A DNA stretch of 64,000 nt from Malacoraja senta. Its lineage: Eukaryota. The position numbers were made by a program, and so were the translations under genes. Positions 61,825 to 64,000 of the stretch are shown in pieces (position 1 is the stretch's first letter; the number at the start of each line of letters is the position of its first letter). Where the stretch lies: NCBI GenBank assembly GCA_038087875.1, contig JAXLNO010000341.1, positions 124,001-188,000 on the forward strand, given 5' to 3'. Under the pieces are notes generated by a model. That model made no database searches and had not been told where the DNA came from. It was given only the letters and a program-made list of their open reading frames with translations.

Positions 61825-63251
61825 TTGGAGTCGCTTCCCTTGCGGCTGGTGTATTTGACTGAAAGTCAGCGGGGTGATCTGCTTCATTTGGTGAAGTCCA
61901 ATGGGTCACTGTTCTCGAATGTGCCTTCTCAGACTCTGTGCTGCAGCATGACATTGACGTGGCCGGTGCTGCGCCAATTAAACAACATCCGTATCGGGTC
62001 AACCCTGACAAGCGTCATCGTCTAGGGAGTCAGGTTGACTATATGCTGCAGCATGGCATTGCTGAATCTAGTTGTAGTCCGTGGAGTTCTCCGTGTCTAC
62101 TGGCTACGAAGGCAAATGGGGAGGACAGGTTTTGCACGGACTTTCGGAAAGTAAACGGTGTAACTAAGCCGGATTGCTATCCTCTCCCACGAATGGAGGA
62201 ATGCGTGGATCGTGTGGGAAGTGCATCGTTTGTGTCCAAATTGGACTTGTTGAAAGGGTATTGGCAAGTTCCCTTGACTGGGCGGGCGAGGGAGATCTCT
62301 GCGTTCGTTACGCCTGATAACTTTCTGCAGTATACAGTGATGGCGTTTCGGATGCGCAATGCGCTGGCAACCTTCCAACGGTTGGTGAACATTGTATTGT
62401 CTGGTTTGTCCTTCTGTGAGGCATACCTTGATGATTTGGTTGTGTGCTCCAGGTCGTGGATCGAACACATCGGTCATCTGACGGAGGTATTACATCGTCT
62501 AGCGGAGGCAAAGCTAACTATCAATCTGGGGAAGTGTGAGTTTGGCCAGGCCACGGTAACGTATCTGGGTAAGGTGGTGGGCCGGGGTCAGGTTCGCACT
62601 CTCAAGGAAAAGGTGGAGCATATTGTCGCATTTCCTGCTCCAACCTCGAGGACTGAACTCCGTAGGTATCTAGCTATGGTTGGGTACTATAGGGGATTCT
62701 GTCCAAACTTCTCTGCGGTGGCTGCCCCTTTGACGGATTTGCTGAGTCCGAAGGTAGCTTTTGTGTGGACCGCAGAATGTCAACAAGCCTTTGAACATAC
62801 TAAAAGTCTTCTGGTGCATGCACCTGTGCTTGCGGCACCTGATTTTGAGCTTCCATTTAAGCTGGCAGTGGATGCTAGTGATCGTGGGGTTGGGGGAGTT
62901 CTTCTCCAGGATGATTCAGATGGGGTGGAGCATCCGGTTTCGTACTTCTCTAAAAAGTTTAATCAACATCAGAAGTGGTACTCCACCATTGAGAAAGAGG
63001 CCCTTGCTATGTTGATGTCTCATGTTGAAAGTCATTTTGAGGTTTATGTTGGCTCCTCGAATGTCCCTGTCATCGTACTCACGGATCATAATCCGTTGGT
63101 ATTTTTGAATAATATGAAGAATAGGAACCGGCGGTTAATGAGCTGGAGTTTGCAGCTGCAGGACTATAACCTGGAGGTCAGGCATATCCGTGGCAAGGAT
63201 AATGTCTTGGCTGACGCCTTGTCGCGCCAGTGGAGTTTAGCTCCTGAATAG
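61825..63251 (+). pseudogene. RT and RNase H (frameshifted near 61935)
   Basis: PIKQHPYR, RFCTDFRKVN, LDLLKGYWQV, AYLDD, LAVDAS, YSTIEKEALA, TDHNPL and NVLADALSR. Confidence 0.92.
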
Positions 63252-63317
63252 TTTCGGGGATTTGGTGGTGTTTTTTCTCTCTTCTTCCAAAACTTATTCA
63301 GTATCTTTGGGTGGGGG

Positions 63318-63855
63318 TGTTATGCGCTCCCCCTCCTGGTCAATGTTATGTATTAACCTTCTCTGTTTCTTTCCCGAGTGCAGGCTAAAAGGCTCCTGTA
63401 CCCGATTGGCCAAGCTGCGTCAGGTGACGGGTGACTCATCTGGAGTATAAATAGCAGATTTCCCAGAATCCTTTCTCTTTCGACGACGACCCTGCCTCAT
63501 GAGCTTGTACTGGTGTGAGCTGTGAAAGGCCTGGCCACATGGCATAGAACTTTGTGTAATTTCAACATTACGTAGTACCAAATATTGAATTGGGCTGTCC
63601 TTAGACGTTATCGGTATTTTGTTTCAGGGATAGCTTTCTTTTAGGCAGGTTTAGAGCCTCAGATTCGACGGTCCACCGCGTGGCTGGCCTGAGCACTTTT
63701 AAGTTGTTTGTTAATCTATTCATCCTTGTCTGGGTTGTTTGAATCGGGTTTGGGTTTTGGTGTGTTATTAAATAATTAAACTATTTTTGAACGTAAACCT
63801 GTTTTTTGACTTATGTTACGCGACTCTGAAGTACCTGCTTTCGGGAGTCGTAACA
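63318..63855 (+). repeat. 3' LTR, preceded by a G-rich PPT at 63309-63317
   Basis: Direct repeat of 58570-59107. Confidence 0.97.
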
Positions 63856-64000
63856 AACACTAAAAAAATACATTTAACACATACAATTGAAACATAAAGG
63901 ATGAAAGGGCAGACTGACTGTTGGCGAGGCAACCATTGCTGGCGCCACCCCAGCATGCCTTAATGATGGCACACATTAACACCAGCCTTCCAGCCAGCCT

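Larger units (their letters stand above)
58570..63855 (+). mobile_element. Gypsy-superfamily LTR retrotransposon, Gmr1-like (PR-IN-RT-RH order)
   Basis: Two 538-bp TG...CA LTRs, PBS, PPT, 5-bp TSD agcac/aacac (one mismatch), gag knuckle, protease, and integrase placed before a Gypsy-type RT/RNase H. Confidence 0.95.

Noticed and set aside
58570..63855. Copia element or endogenous retrovirus
   Set aside because: RT and RNase H motifs are Gypsy-type despite the integrase-first order; there is no env gene.

Overview
Eukaryotic, repeat-rich genomic DNA, most likely from a cartilaginous fish (skate or ray). This is inferred from HE1-type V-SINEs with CR1-derived tails plus abundant CR1 and Penelope repeats; it is not proven. 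The only host gene I can support is the 3' part of a + strand fatty-acid elongase, ELOVL6: a 152-bp internal coding exon (21006-21157, absent from the ORF track), the terminal coding exon (26546-26973, HWYHH box) and a TE-poor 3' UTR to about 28.8 kb. Bases 1-21005 are therefore probably one large intron. The rest is a nested mix of transposable elements: a two-LTR Gypsy element with the unusual Gmr1-type PR-IN-RT-RH order (58570-63855), a structurally complete but decayed DIRS1-like tyrosine-recombinase retrotransposon (51179-55962), Penelope-like elements including a doubly inverted copy with a 15-bp TSD (39610-42275), Penelope-derived fold-back mini-elements carrying hammerhead-ribozyme core motifs, a Tc1 element, Tx1, Vingi-like and CR1 LINE remnants, Harbinger-like and hAT MITEs, and SINEs. 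I see no clearly new multi-gene system. The best candidates for undescribed biology are a 1050-bp TAG...CTA insertion with a 7-bp TSD, a non-coding retroposon family whose copies end in different LINE-like tails, and an old long inverted repeat in the last ELOVL6 intron. Repeat boundaries and counts were read by eye and are approximate unless a TSD or terminus is quoted.
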